Source of the DNA: Seison nebaliae
Lineage: Eukaryota
Direction of reading: 5' to 3'
Assembly: GCA_023231475.1 (NCBI GenBank)
Contig: JALJEE010003229.1
Span: 1 to 41,203 of the forward strand
DNA: 41,203 bases
In this document: one piece after another, positions 27,101 to 37,895 of the stretch
Layout: each line of letters opens with the position of its first letter
Position numbering within the stretch: position 1 is the stretch's first letter
Translations under genes and position numbers: made by a program
The notes under the pieces: generated by a model
Database searches by the model: none
What the model saw: the letters and a program-made list of their open reading frames with translations, nothing else
What the model was told of the DNA's origin: nothing

Positions 27101-30100
27101 ATGGAAAAACGATAATTAATCAGTCGCCGATTGTTCCATCGGATTTGGATGAACGGAAAATATTTAACATTCCATCCTTCGCTCTCGAACGTAGAACGAA
27201 TACAGTAACATTTGATTCGTCGAAAAATCGAATTTATAATATAACTTCATTCAATTTACATGATTCGCGACGTGGAGAATCGAAGAAGAAAAATTCGATT
27301 TGTCCGATAATTTTCAATATCAATCGAACTGGATTGAAACGATTGAGAGGAATCCGATCCGTCCCACCAACATGTCAATTCGATTATTTATATGAGAATC
27401 GACGTCCACTCATCAATCCATTCAAAACGCCAACAATCGCTCTTCGAGTCACTTCCAATCGACGTCGATGGGTTCACGCTTTCCCTCAACTCTCCAACGG
27501 AGCACTTTTCCTTCGTCATATCGAACGATCACATCAACGACATACATCTCCATCCACAAATGATTATGCAACTTCACAACGATGTCAACAATTGAAATTG
27601 GAACAAGATAATCATATAACGCCGGGAATTCTGACGAAACCGGTGAAGGATTTGGGAGAACCAGTTCGACATTGTATCGATATACCGGAAACGGAACGAT
27701 CAAAATTATCAGTGGAATCAGCGATGGATATTGATTTGGTTAAAATAAAATTGAAAGATTTACGACAAAAGAGACATTATGCTGATTCATTCACAATCGA
27801 TGCAATTAATGAAGATACATCATCTGTTCATTGGTTATTCGGACCGACTGGTAAAGAGGATTGGGAACCGTTGGATAATACTGGAGTTGATTGGAAATCA
27901 TTAGTATTTGCTGCATGTCTCCCATTAACAACGGATTATATTCCCGTTCATTTCACTCGATGTAATATCGAAGAATATGATATTGTGGAACATTATTATT
28001 CTATCGAATCTTTACTCGAAGAAGCGATGACGGCAAATACAGATTTCCGTCGAGAAGATATTGATTATAGTCGACTCGTTCAATTAGTATTCATTGAAAT
28101 GATATGTCAACGATTACAATTCGGTTATCAAATCGTTTCTCAGACATCGGAAAATAAATCAGATTATGTGAAAATTCGAATGTTCGCTCAATCGTCGAAA
28201 CATTTCGCTCTGCTCAGTATGGGCGAAGTGATTCATTCATTGGATGTTATCGAAAAAAATAATTCTCATGAAATCCGTTTCCGTTCAATGAAACCACGAC
28301 CGAAAATTTACAACGGAAAATATGAGACGAGACAATCAATAATTTATCGATATCGATTACGTAGTTATCACCATAACGATTGGGATAATTCGATTTGTCA
28401 ATTCTCGTTAACCTCTCAAAACATCGACGATTGGCGTCATATGGACGAATCGATTTGTCTCCAAGGCTATTCGGTTGATTCTCGTTGTTATCTCCCCAAA
28501 CCGTTGACGATGACATTAAATATCGAAAATTTTCATGATAATCGATTATGTAATTTGAACACGATGTATTATCGAGCGAAATTCGCATTCATTCCCACCA
28601 TTTTATATGGCGGTAAATTTCGAAATATCGATTCAAATGAATGTGAATCGATAGAAGAGAGTGATAAGGAACGAATTGAAGAAGCGGAACTTAATTCATT
28701 TTTTATTGATATTAATCGAATCGTCGAAGAAGGAAAGAAGAAGGAGGAATATTTCGCTTTTCTTTCACTCGTCGAACAGATTTGTCCGAGTGAAGATTTT
28801 CATGAATTTTTAAGTGATTCCATTAAACTTTATCAATCAGAACAATTACAACAATCTGGTACGCATAAAAAACGAATAATTAATTTATTATATCTCATAA
28901 ATAATTTGAGTGAATGTGTAGAATCGATACAAGAGATTATCGTATTATGGAAGGATGGTTGTGACGAGACAATTTATCATTCACTCGAACACATTTCTTG
29001 GATGATCGAAAAAGAGAGAGAAACGAAACCATTTCTCAAATATCAGAGTGATAATCGACGAAAAGGATGTCTGGATCCATGTAATAGGAATGTGAAATTT
29101 CCTCGACATACTTTCGCTTCCGTCGTTCTCATCGATCTGTTGATGAAAGATGAAATTGTTGATCCGACAATCTCCAAAACTTATTGGATCGACATCTTCA
29201 ATTCATTACTTAATCGAGGTATCGTCTCACATGTGGTTCCAGGAAAGAATCATACGAAATTCCAATATGGATTCCATTTATACTTTTTCAATTATCCCAA
29301 ACGTTCGAGAGGTAATAGTGGTGGCAGTATCTCCAATTTGAATTTGGTACATCGTAATACGAAGATTCCTGAAGATGCTTTTGTTGAAATGACATTCGTG
29401 GACAATGATCTCCAACACATCTCTGCTAAACACGTCAAATATTGTTATGTTCATGTGGAAGTTCAAAATACTTTGGCTGATCTCTTTCCTTCCTCCTATC
29501 AACAAAATAAACTGAAGACAAGTCAAACACCTTCGAAATTGAAAGGTAAACGAAATATGGAAGAATTCTTTTCAACATCTTCTTCCTGTTCTTCGAGTTG
29601 TTTCAAAGATTTGAAATCACCAAATTTCGATCCGACAAAAATTTTGGAACGAATCGATCCTTTCCAAATTAGACCATTTCAACAATTTGATGAGGACGAG
29701 AAGACGAATCAATTGAAATCATCTGATCGATATCGACATTCGAGTGCAACTCATTCGCGATTTTCAAAAAACGAATATAATCGGAAACAAATCTCCGACA
29801 TGTTACCGGTGACAATTGAAAGAAATGGAAAGGAAGGGAATCAACATCGATCCGATTATGTTCGCACAACATCCACCAATACTGACGATCTTTCCATGCG
29901 AATTGAATGGGCCTTATTTTGTCATTTGAAATCATATGATCCGAAATGTATCGTCGAATTCGAACTCCAATGGTATGTGTGCAATGGAATAAAGATCTGG
30001 AAGAAATGCCAAGACTGGCAGAGAAATTTATTGGGAGCATATCGTCTTATTCAAATTCCCATTAATCCGTTTACAAAGGATTTGGACAGTTATGCTGATC

Positions 30101-30459
30101 CTTTACGACGTTCCATTGAGGTATATTTGAATACGGAAAATTTTAAAAGAATTCCTAATAAAGAATTACGTCATCGAATTTATGATTCATTCCAGAAATG
30201 GATATTATCAGCATTCGCTTTCATTCCTAATACATATGGAGGAATTGATGTGAAGACACCCGATTTCCAACGGTATTATCTTCACGAATCGGGAGAAGTA
30301 TGTGTATCAATCGAATATCGATTATTCAATTGGGCTTGGAATCATTTATCGTTGACAGGGAAATATTGTGAATCGTCGATGAAAATGTACGAGACATTCG
30401 TCAAATTCTGTTCCGATACTGATCAAACTATGTCAAACATCTTCAACGAATATCTCTAA
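24142..30459 (+). CDS. DEPDC5: GATOR1 complex subunit DEPDC5/Iml1 (~2105 aa), apparently a single exon
   Basis: Conserved DEPDC5 motifs: IFIQMSAEMW, EGNFLETLNIALNTF...FNRTGNLSVVVTPGCGVF, DLVCIGEQPLHAVPLF, VPHWCNLSFY, NRRRWVHAFP, GVDWKSLVFAACLPLTTDYIP, EMICQRLQFGYQIV, a DEP-like FQYGFHLYF, and C-terminal YLHESG...FNWAWN. The first ATG is at 24142, with an in-frame TAA at 24127. Confidence 0.95.
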   Translation: MEKCYFKCVKKASCLDVELPAELFNENEKVIINRHENDFDNYSMIYVMKVKKKNLTSELGNDTISIPTNIYKSFFEQSNVTNSGMTNENVQNFYSISKVNDVRMPKAFCADLVEVTICQHFVSRSDMYRLVQFQLRDSFVRVNLSSMFDGLYFTITEIWSENVNVSLGYVDEETNIVFRCQTEAYQIFIQMSAEMWQVDTNSNLVMETTADGFFHDLFQLWKNEKCSHYVTMALFSRIFFDATHIDEFPLNKVSEVQELNVLENGNRRKRLFYQDHYYVLYENCRFDDWLPKVIDLKRHMMTYKEHMQQELEGMPSWRISYAMEGNFLETLNIALNTFELQSVDRMFNRTGNLSVVVTPGCGVFKYIDRDLNRITRQRYIDMGVGADLVCIGEQPLHAVPLFILKESIRSSNHQIFLQSTSMTNINAPNTCGRNDSLEKGFFQTDGIDLFKWNNHKNDNHCDQISKKCPYLNGTKSKIFDGMNDLEMLDTTSGMNFTVPHWCNLSFYTKDSTYRRCVRTFIPRIKIHQRSIHIDESSHQLINQYISSIENSINDENYDSSHRTKGNDMESDQKFDHSTMELKRKQISFELDERISRTNSVDMKHLKLPPMPSFGTKMKIERKSSFFKHRKNTEFNINFDREICRIPMEDMRNHHNTTSSVIDYSSINSKSRSLTSLLKPKIDNYLYDINEYQFLNCPTIRQLEVKKNRNNNCQLIIHPVQDGRPNKKSSRALSGHEGVFPLHNDNFEQSFSFDGEDEIFGHFNYHQLSREERRERLPHFKKLLELANGDKTSKYRNINYCPFLTENLRNSTTDEMKKLYDKLLNRYLVDEKSSVSSSSARSYDIYMRRNDFDFLRNIGRRLPQPYPKQRCPCQRRKCISESERFVPVKYEDEDGAEIPEKVEKRPDLENKLKTFTRYPERRNSTQLLTTVSNSTNSSSISSENSFGLKPVNDSSSYGTYQRTSSSNVMPSSSSIRSSSSSSSTSCPDGKTIINQSPIVPSDLDERKIFNIPSFALERRTNTVTFDSSKNRIYNITSFNLHDSRRGESKKKNSICPIIFNINRTGLKRLRGIRSVPPTCQFDYLYENRRPLINPFKTPTIALRVTSNRRRWVHAFPQLSNGALFLRHIERSHQRHTSPSTNDYATSQRCQQLKLEQDNHITPGILTKPVKDLGEPVRHCIDIPETERSKLSVESAMDIDLVKIKLKDLRQKRHYADSFTIDAINEDTSSVHWLFGPTGKEDWEPLDNTGVDWKSLVFAACLPLTTDYIPVHFTRCNIEEYDIVEHYYSIESLLEEAMTANTDFRREDIDYSRLVQLVFIEMICQRLQFGYQIVSQTSENKSDYVKIRMFAQSSKHFALLSMGEVIHSLDVIEKNNSHEIRFRSMKPRPKIYNGKYETRQSIIYRYRLRSYHHNDWDNSICQFSLTSQNIDDWRHMDESICLQGYSVDSRCYLPKPLTMTLNIENFHDNRLCNLNTMYYRAKFAFIPTILYGGKFRNIDSNECESIEESDKERIEEAELNSFFIDINRIVEEGKKKEEYFAFLSLVEQICPSEDFHEFLSDSIKLYQSEQLQQSGTHKKRIINLLYLINNLSECVESIQEIIVLWKDGCDETIYHSLEHISWMIEKERETKPFLKYQSDNRRKGCLDPCNRNVKFPRHTFASVVLIDLLMKDEIVDPTISKTYWIDIFNSLLNRGIVSHVVPGKNHTKFQYGFHLYFFNYPKRSRGNSGGSISNLNLVHRNTKIPEDAFVEMTFVDNDLQHISAKHVKYCYVHVEVQNTLADLFPSSYQQNKLKTSQTPSKLKGKRNMEEFFSTSSSCSSSCFKDLKSPNFDPTKILERIDPFQIRPFQQFDEDEKTNQLKSSDRYRHSSATHSRFSKNEYNRKQISDMLPVTIERNGKEGNQHRSDYVRTTSTNTDDLSMRIEWALFCHLKSYDPKCIVEFELQWYVCNGIKIWKKCQDWQRNLLGAYRLIQIPINPFTKDLDSYADPLRRSIEVYLNTENFKRIPNKELRHRIYDSFQKWILSAFAFIPNTYGGIDVKTPDFQRYYLHESGEVCVSIEYRLFNWAWNHLSLTGKYCESSMKMYETFVKFCSDTDQTMSNIFNEYL

Positions 30460-30639
30460 TTTTGTAAAGAAACTATTTTTATATTCTTAATGAAATGATT
30501 CTTCCAATTCTTCTTCGAAATGAAACTATCAAATTTTATCTTTCACATATGTCCCTATGTATATATGCTAATAAAATATGTATAGTTCATGTAAAATAAC
30601 CTTCCTACCAGAAGAAGCCTCCGTAGAAAAGAAGACATG

Positions 30640-31700
30640 AAATGTATTGTATGTTATTGGAGATGGGAGACCATCTCTTGCGTACTTACAAAATAACATG
30701 CTCATTTTCACGGAAGATGAGAATCTGAAGGAATAATTACAAATCATACAAGCCAACTTAGCATATTATCATCTGACAGATGAGAAACTGGCGGCAATCC
30801 TGATGTAACTAATTGACCATAGGATGACAAAGAATATATTCCTTCTGTTAGGATCCACACCAACCCTACATCAGGTTACTGACAACAGGTTGTGAGTATT
30901 TGCGAAATGCATATAACAACCAGAATGACATTAACTATAAAGTTAATCAATTCGAGAGTATGCCTCTTTGAGAGATTCTAGAAATGAATTTTTACTTTGA
31001 TTGTTTCGATGTTTCTCAATTTGCCATTCTGAGTTGGAAATACTGCATCATCCAATGGTTTGACCAACAAATGTTTTCTATTTACATAATACTGTTTAAT
31101 AACATAATACATTTACATATTATAAATGGTGTTTCTATTATTGTTATTTTGATAATTATTGTTTTGGTTATTATTATTGTTATTTGCTGGCGCATTACCA
31201 TATTTTGTTTGTCAGGTATTTTGCTGGCTTCCCCTGTCTCGGAAGTTTCCTCCTCTGGCTCGTCTATTATTGTAACCTTCTCCTCTCCCACACGTTGGGT
31301 ATATAATATATACTATATATTATTCATTATCAGAGGTTGGACAAATTCTGGTTTTATTTCCATGTCGAATTGTCCCATTGTCTTTTCGGTACTCTGAGAT
31401 CTATCATGTGAAACGATTTGCCGTATAGTCTTTATTTGAATATAAATGGTGAAATCGGAAATAGATACCAGAGGAAACGAGTAAAGAAAATAATCATAGG
31501 TATGACTGTGTCTTCTTGATCAACTGGGTAAGGATTTGTGGTCTACTGATTGCTTTTATAGTTACTCCTCGAATACTTCGACCTCGGTGTTTATCTAAGT
31601 TTACGTAAATAAGTCATTACCCGATTGACATTAGAGAGATGCTTAATCGAGAAATCTTAATCGGTTGAGCTTCGTCGCATATGGGTTACATACACCAAGT
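30640..31700 (-). mobile_element. Probable decayed LTR-retrotransposon gag-protease relic
   Basis: The minus strand gives an RGG/Asn-rich stretch (GRGEGYNNRRARGGNFRDRG...NNNNNNQNNNYQ). It is followed by a retropepsin-flap-like segment (VFPTQNGKLRNIETIKVKIHF...HTLELINFIVNVIL), with stops. A TTACA-ct-TGG junction at ~31695-31704 resembles an LTR end followed by a primer-binding site. No catalytic DTG or RT motif was seen. Confidence 0.4.
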
Positions 31701-31798
31701 GTAATATCCGTAATATATTAAATAAATAATTAAATTTATTTACAAATATACTTTAAGTAATTGGGAAAAGGTTGAATTTTAAATGAAATTTCTTTATC

Positions 31799-34700
31799 TT
31801 AATAAAGATACATCGACTTCTTCTTTGTACTTGTTGTTATTGTACGATGATGTTGCCAATCAGCAATAATAGCGTCACTTAATCGAATTCCATAGCGGTT
31901 TTTATTGTTGACAGAAGAGTAATTCATAACAACATCCATCAGATGGGAATGATGACGACATCTAACGGGTAAAAAGGAGATTATTCGATTTATTGAAGAA
32001 GGAAACTTTTGTATAATTTTCCTACGAGAAGTATCATTGTGAGAGAGTAGTATGATTAATTGAGCAGCGTTACCTCGGATGAATGGATGAGTTGCTTTTA
32101 ATCGTTCGATAAATGTATCGATTGCACCGAATGATGTTATTGCATCCGAACAACCTATTTTTAATAAAACAAATTAAAATTTATGTTGAACTTTAAAATT
32201 TCACCTGTACAACATTTTGTGAGAGCAATGATATAATTAATTGCTAGTGACGATGTATCATCAGGTGACAGGTCGAAATTAGTGATATCGACATATGACA
32301 TTTGATTCTGATTCAATATCGATTCTTTTGAATGTTTTAATAACAATTGAATTGCTTCTGATATACAGTGTGCTTCCTCCTCATCTTGGAATACTTCACA
32401 TAGAACGACAACCTGGGGGGAAAATAAAAAAGGATAAGAAAAAGAAGAAATGGAACTTGAAATGCAGAATGAATCCGGATCTCCATATTCTCATGTTTCA
32501 TCCATTTTCGAAAACTTTTATAATAAGAGAATTCTGAATGTTCTGCAATTAATTCGATGATTGTGGGATTGTTAAAAGAGAAGGATGTTAGTGTTAATCC
32601 CGCCAATATACTTTCAACATCATCAGATGAACCGACTAATTTTATCAATGGAATTAGAGAAAATTTTTTCTTTTTCAATAAATCTTTAATCATTTTCCCA
32701 TTTTTCATGGTGAGAAATGCGAGAGTTCTTGCTGATAATAACCGTAATAATGTAGTTCGTCCACGATTCATCAATGCCAACATCATATCGATGGTATGAT
32801 GTTGTTGAAAGAAGATCTGATTCTCACGATGAATCACATAAGATGGATAGATGACCAGATGACCAATTAATCGCGTCGCTGCAATAACTACATTAATGGA
32901 AGATGATGATAATAGATGAGGAATAGTTTGTAAATGAGAATGTTTCCCGATAATATTTATGGAATCATCATAACGATCAAATGGCCGATAACAAAGCGAG
33001 ATTAATGCTTCACAACAAATCACATGAATCTCATAAATTATTGCTGTTTTCTCTATTTCATTTCCATTGTTATCTTCACTCGTATTCATCGTTTCCATAA
33101 TACCATCATTCTCATCAGTCACTGATGTGTCTGTGTCATTGTCATCTTTCTCCAAAATGTTTGTTGCTCGACCAAATAATTGCGTCAAAATCGTTTTTGT
33201 TTTCAATGTTAACAATTCCATCAATATATCGATTCCTATCTCCTTAGCAACTAAATAACGTCTGGTGAGACTACGACCACCAATTGCCCAAATCGTTTGA
33301 AGAATATTAAGTTTCTGATCAGGTTTATTTGATGATTTGATTTGTTTCAACAACGGTTTAATACCACCAAGTTCGATCAACTTCTCCTGAATCATCGGAC
33401 AGATATTGCACGTTGTCGAAATGAGTTGCATTGACGTATATTTAATGGATTGATATAGATTATGCAATTTTATATCATTTCTCAGTCGCAACGTTAATTG
33501 ACGTTGTTGATTAGAAGTTAATTCTAATTTCGTTTCGTTATTACTGTCTAATGTTAATGTGTCGGTGATGAGTCGGATGATGTTGCGGATGAAATGAAGG
33601 GAATCTGGTAATTGATTTCGAATGAAATCCGATTTTTCGATCATTCTCATAAGATTCTCATTTAAATTTATCAATAATTTCAAGCATGCATCCCGTCCAC
33701 CATAACTCAACTTCCGATTACATTTTAGTTCCATTGCCACTTCTTCCAATTTCATATAATTTTCATACAATTTCATATTCATCATCTTTTTCTCTAATTG
33801 ACATTCATTATTCTCATTCGTCAACGCGTAATGAGTACCAAACAACGATTCCTCTAACACATGAGTATAATGCTCGTATTTACAAGAGAAACTATCGAAC
33901 AAGTCGTCGACATTCCGGAAGTGTTGTGTCGATAATTCGTTGGAACATAATTCATTAAATAAATTCAAATATATTTCAAATAATTCAGGTGGTCCACTTA
34001 ATTCTTTAAATAATTTATTTATAAGAAATTCTATGAAATTATTCTCTTCCATCCACTTGATTAATTGACGTCGATTAACGTCAACTGAACAAATTAGAAA
34101 ATTTAAAAAGAATTCTCCAATTATTATCATTTGTTCGATCTGCATTATCTGAGAATCACTCGCATAATTTGCTGGGTTTAATCTGGTGTCGTTCAATCGA
34201 TCAATTATTTGTTTAGCCAAATCGAACAAATTGTCAGTAGATTGAAGGGGAGTAACATTTATCGTACAATTCTTCTCCGACATATCATCAGGTAACTTTT
34301 CTTTAAATCTTTCGCATTTCTCCACATTCTCTTTCGAATTTTTCAACAATTGAAAAATAACTGAAAATAAATTCTCTTTTAGCATTTCCTTCTGCAATTC
34401 ACCGGTGAGATCGGTCAAACATATAATGAATAATGTTTGACATTCACAAGAGAGATCAGTTTTCTCTAAAGAAATATTGATGATTTCTAATAATTTCCTT
34501 CGACTCAATGCTTTGACTATTTGTTTTTTTGAAATCTTTTCCAAGAAATTCTCTTTTTCTTCTTTCGAATGAAATTCAATAACAGAATTCTCCGTTAATT
34601 CTTCAGCTAATTGAATTAATCTATTATCATCTATTACCAATTGCAACGTCTTAGTAGCAGCAATCGTTTCAAATTCATTTAGTCCATCCAACATCGATAC

Positions 34701-35265
34701 GAATCGATCAAACATATTCAGTTCTTTTTCATGATATCGAAGAAGATAAAGGAATAATGATAAGTGTTGTCGCATTAAACAAATTTCGATGATCGTATGA
34801 TTCTTCTTATTCACATATTCCACATTTGCACCTTTTTCAATTAGTGCACGAATTGTATCAAGAGAACCTGCTAAACCCGCTACCATCATCGGAGTTAAAC
34901 TATATTCGTCCGCCGTTTCCAAATTGAGCTGTGGAGGAACGTTCCCACTATCGATTGCGCCGTTCATCTCCAGATATCTGACAACACTCTTTGTCATTCC
35001 GTTATAAGCGGCATCGTGAATCGGTGCCCAACCGTTTTTACCGAATTCATTCATCGCCAATTTCTTCTGACGATTCTGACGTTGATGAAAATGATATTTC
35101 GATTTATTCTTCTTATAAGTCGACGATGATTGTTTCCCCGAAAAACTTAGCGGATGATCTATAGTCGAATTCGATGATGATCTTCTGGACGAATGTGAAG
35201 ATGATCTTGATGAAGATGATGATTCTGATGGCGATGAAATGGTGTTGAGTATATCATTGGATAAT
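31799..35265 (-). CDS. Ankyrin and armadillo repeat-containing protein (ANKAR-like), at least 1038 aa; 5' end unresolved
   Basis: Model: complement(join(31799..31961,32007..32154,32205..32412,32457..35054 or 35265)). N-terminal ankyrin repeats: GWAPIHDAAYNG and TPMMVAGLAGSLDTIRALIEKGANV. Armadillo repeats include IQEKLIELGGIKPLL. The spliced C-terminus SAFQ|VVVL...TG|CSDAITSFGAI...QK|CR resembles ANKAR. The frame stays open upstream to an acceptor at 35266, and the first ATG is at 35054. Confidence 0.8.
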
Positions 35266-36479
35266 CTAAAAGAAAAAGAAATATATATTATTCGTTTAAG
35301 AATAGTATTTAGTATATTTTCATTTAGTTCAATTCAAATTTCGTTTTCGTTTTTTTTTTCAATTTTTGTTATATGTTTTTTTTTGTATGTCGAAAAATAT
35401 TTATATTTTTCTCCAATTTCTCAAAAACAATTACGTAGTTGGATATCGATTATGGAAAAAATCGTTTTATGATTTCATCCATATCATATATCGTGTGGAA
35501 CTGTACAACAAATTGGATAAGTGATCGATTGTAAATTGGAAGTTCAATTAAGTGGAACGGACTTAGAGACGGTGAAGTGTAAAAAGGACTAACTCAGGAA
35601 GTAATTGGGTAAGTTGCCTAGAGAACATAATTTGGAAAGAATCGTAAAGTTGAAAAGGATTTTTGTCAACAGACTCATGGAAAGGAAATTTTAGGCAATT
35701 CAAATAAGAATGTTGTTTATGTTCGAACATATCCATTATTAGCTATTTACTTTCTAGGACGTAGGGAAAGTTTATGGAAAAAATATAATGTAATTAAATG
35801 GATAAGAATGCATCAAAAAAACATGAAGTGGATAAGGCCAATAAAAATGACTTCGTTCCATCATACGTGGAGAATGTAACTCACGAAATAATTCTTTGTT
35901 AACTTTTTCTTCGTATTCCATCAGTAATACAGTCCTCGTTACTTATTCTTCCGATGGAAAGTCAACAATTGATTATTGAACAATATTGGAAAAAAAAGAA
36001 AAAATCCGTTTTATTATGACTATTCAAAGAGAAGAGTGGAAAATTATTGATAATGTATTAATGATGGTAAGGGGACGGATTAAATAATCTAATTGTCCTT
36101 CAAATAAGCCTTTCGAAAATTTACTTAATTTCCATAGTTACTGCTATATGCATTCTAATGGAAGATTAATCGTCTGATAAGAATAATTTTCATTTGTCAT
36201 AAACGGAATGACTACCTTCCAATTTCTTGTAGTTCTATTCAATATTTTATGCATTATCCTTAAAATAAATACAGTTCTAATTCAAAGATTATTTTCGCTT
36301 CAAGAAATATTGTCTTAAAGAAAAATATTTTCGTCCAATTTGCTTGACCCAATTAATATTTAGACAGAAATAAGTTTCATATAACATTTTATGGTTGTTG
36401 GGAACCTTCGATTACCGTTTAATTTAGTTGAGTGCATTATTAGGGAAATATTGTTTATGATAAATAAAAAGATGAGGAA

Positions 36480-37120
36480 TATCTGCCTCAGAACAATATT
36501 TATCATTTCTAGTACTAGTACATTATAAGATTTGTATGCAGCATATCTAATCAAATATTTCTTTTTTCTTTTTTTTGAGGTCTTAACGTAAATACAAGGC
36601 TGGATGCTTGAAGACAAGGGATACAAGGGAAAGTCAGAACGAAAAGTTTGAAAAAGTTTTAAATGGACATCCAGCGAAATGTATTTACATTTTTGATGAA
36701 ACGAATGAAATGATCAAATAAACTTCTACTTATCTACTTTACTTTATCTACATTCGTGAATGACTTGTTTCGATTATGAATCACTCGATTATCAAACGAG
36801 GAATAACGTATTCCTCACGGTAATATTCCGAAATTCAGCATAAGTTGTCAAAAAAGTCTATAATGTCTTTGATTTCGAAGCATTACATTCTATTCCACAC
36901 ATATTCAGTTGGATAGTGATTTCGCGAGTTAAGGTTTTTAACTGCTTGGCACTTTTTACAACCAGTATAAGGTCATCCCCATACACATATCCTGAGGGAT
37001 AGACAATATTCCTCAAAATAAACGAATGTCTTTCATTACAATTCATGATGGTTTCATCTAATGTTCTGCCAAATATCTATGGAGCTAGAATTGAGCCTTG
37101 ACGTACACCTTTATTGACGT
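36480..37120 (-). mobile_element. Third, more diverged non-LTR retrotransposon RT fragment
   Basis: VNKGVRQGSILAP*IFGRTLDE...YVYGDDLIL...CGIECNASKS, then SFHSFHQKCKYISLDVHLKLFQTF. These are collinear with the other two copies, with stops and frameshifts. Confidence 0.85.
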
Positions 37121-37895
37121 AACGCTTCCTTCCGCAGGATAAAAAAAAATTATTGATATTTTTCAATTTATACTTTCAAAATTTTCATATAAACAACACG
37201 AAAAAAAATTGAATACAATCAACATTGAACAATGATTACTTTTTGAAGTTTCTGCTTTTCCGTCGATATCGTTCTCCAACTTGTTGAATATCAACATTGA
37301 ATTAGAATAATAAAATGATGAATCATAAAACGAACAAATACACATCATATATGCCAACAAATGTAAGCAATTTAATAAACATGGATTGACATGAAAATAC
37401 ATCCATTCTTTTGTATCGCAAAAATTAGTGATTGTGATGTATATGTAACTTCTAGTGTAACGAGTTGAAAGAAAAGTTTTGTTGGTAATGAGTAATACTG
37501 GTGGTAAATTATTAGTTGGGGTTTAGGATTAACTAATTATTTAGGAGAATTGTAAATGAATGAAGCATAGTATGAAATACCATACATTGGTTAAATTTTA
37601 CCATATTTTATTCTATTAAAATAATATTCCAATACTCTAATATATTATCTCCTTCAATTGCATTTATTTTTGGAATACGAGTTATTATAATAAGAGTTCG
37701 CAAGTTGTTTTTTCTGTTTAATAAAAAAGAAGATGTTCAAAAATAATAATAATAAAATCTTGGTAGTGAGTGAGTGGTAGCTTTATAGTAGAAAAAGAGA
37801 TTTTTAATAAGACAATTGTGAAAGATTTGAAAATAATGAATAAATAATTATTAAGCTTTACAAAAAACAAATAATAGTTGGGAGATTATTCGAAA

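Noticed and set aside
35435..35482. Candidate first coding exon of the ANKAR-like gene (ATGGATGAA...AC|GTAATT)
   Set aside because: An in-frame TAA precedes the donor (MDEIIKRFFP*), so it cannot join the exon at 35265.
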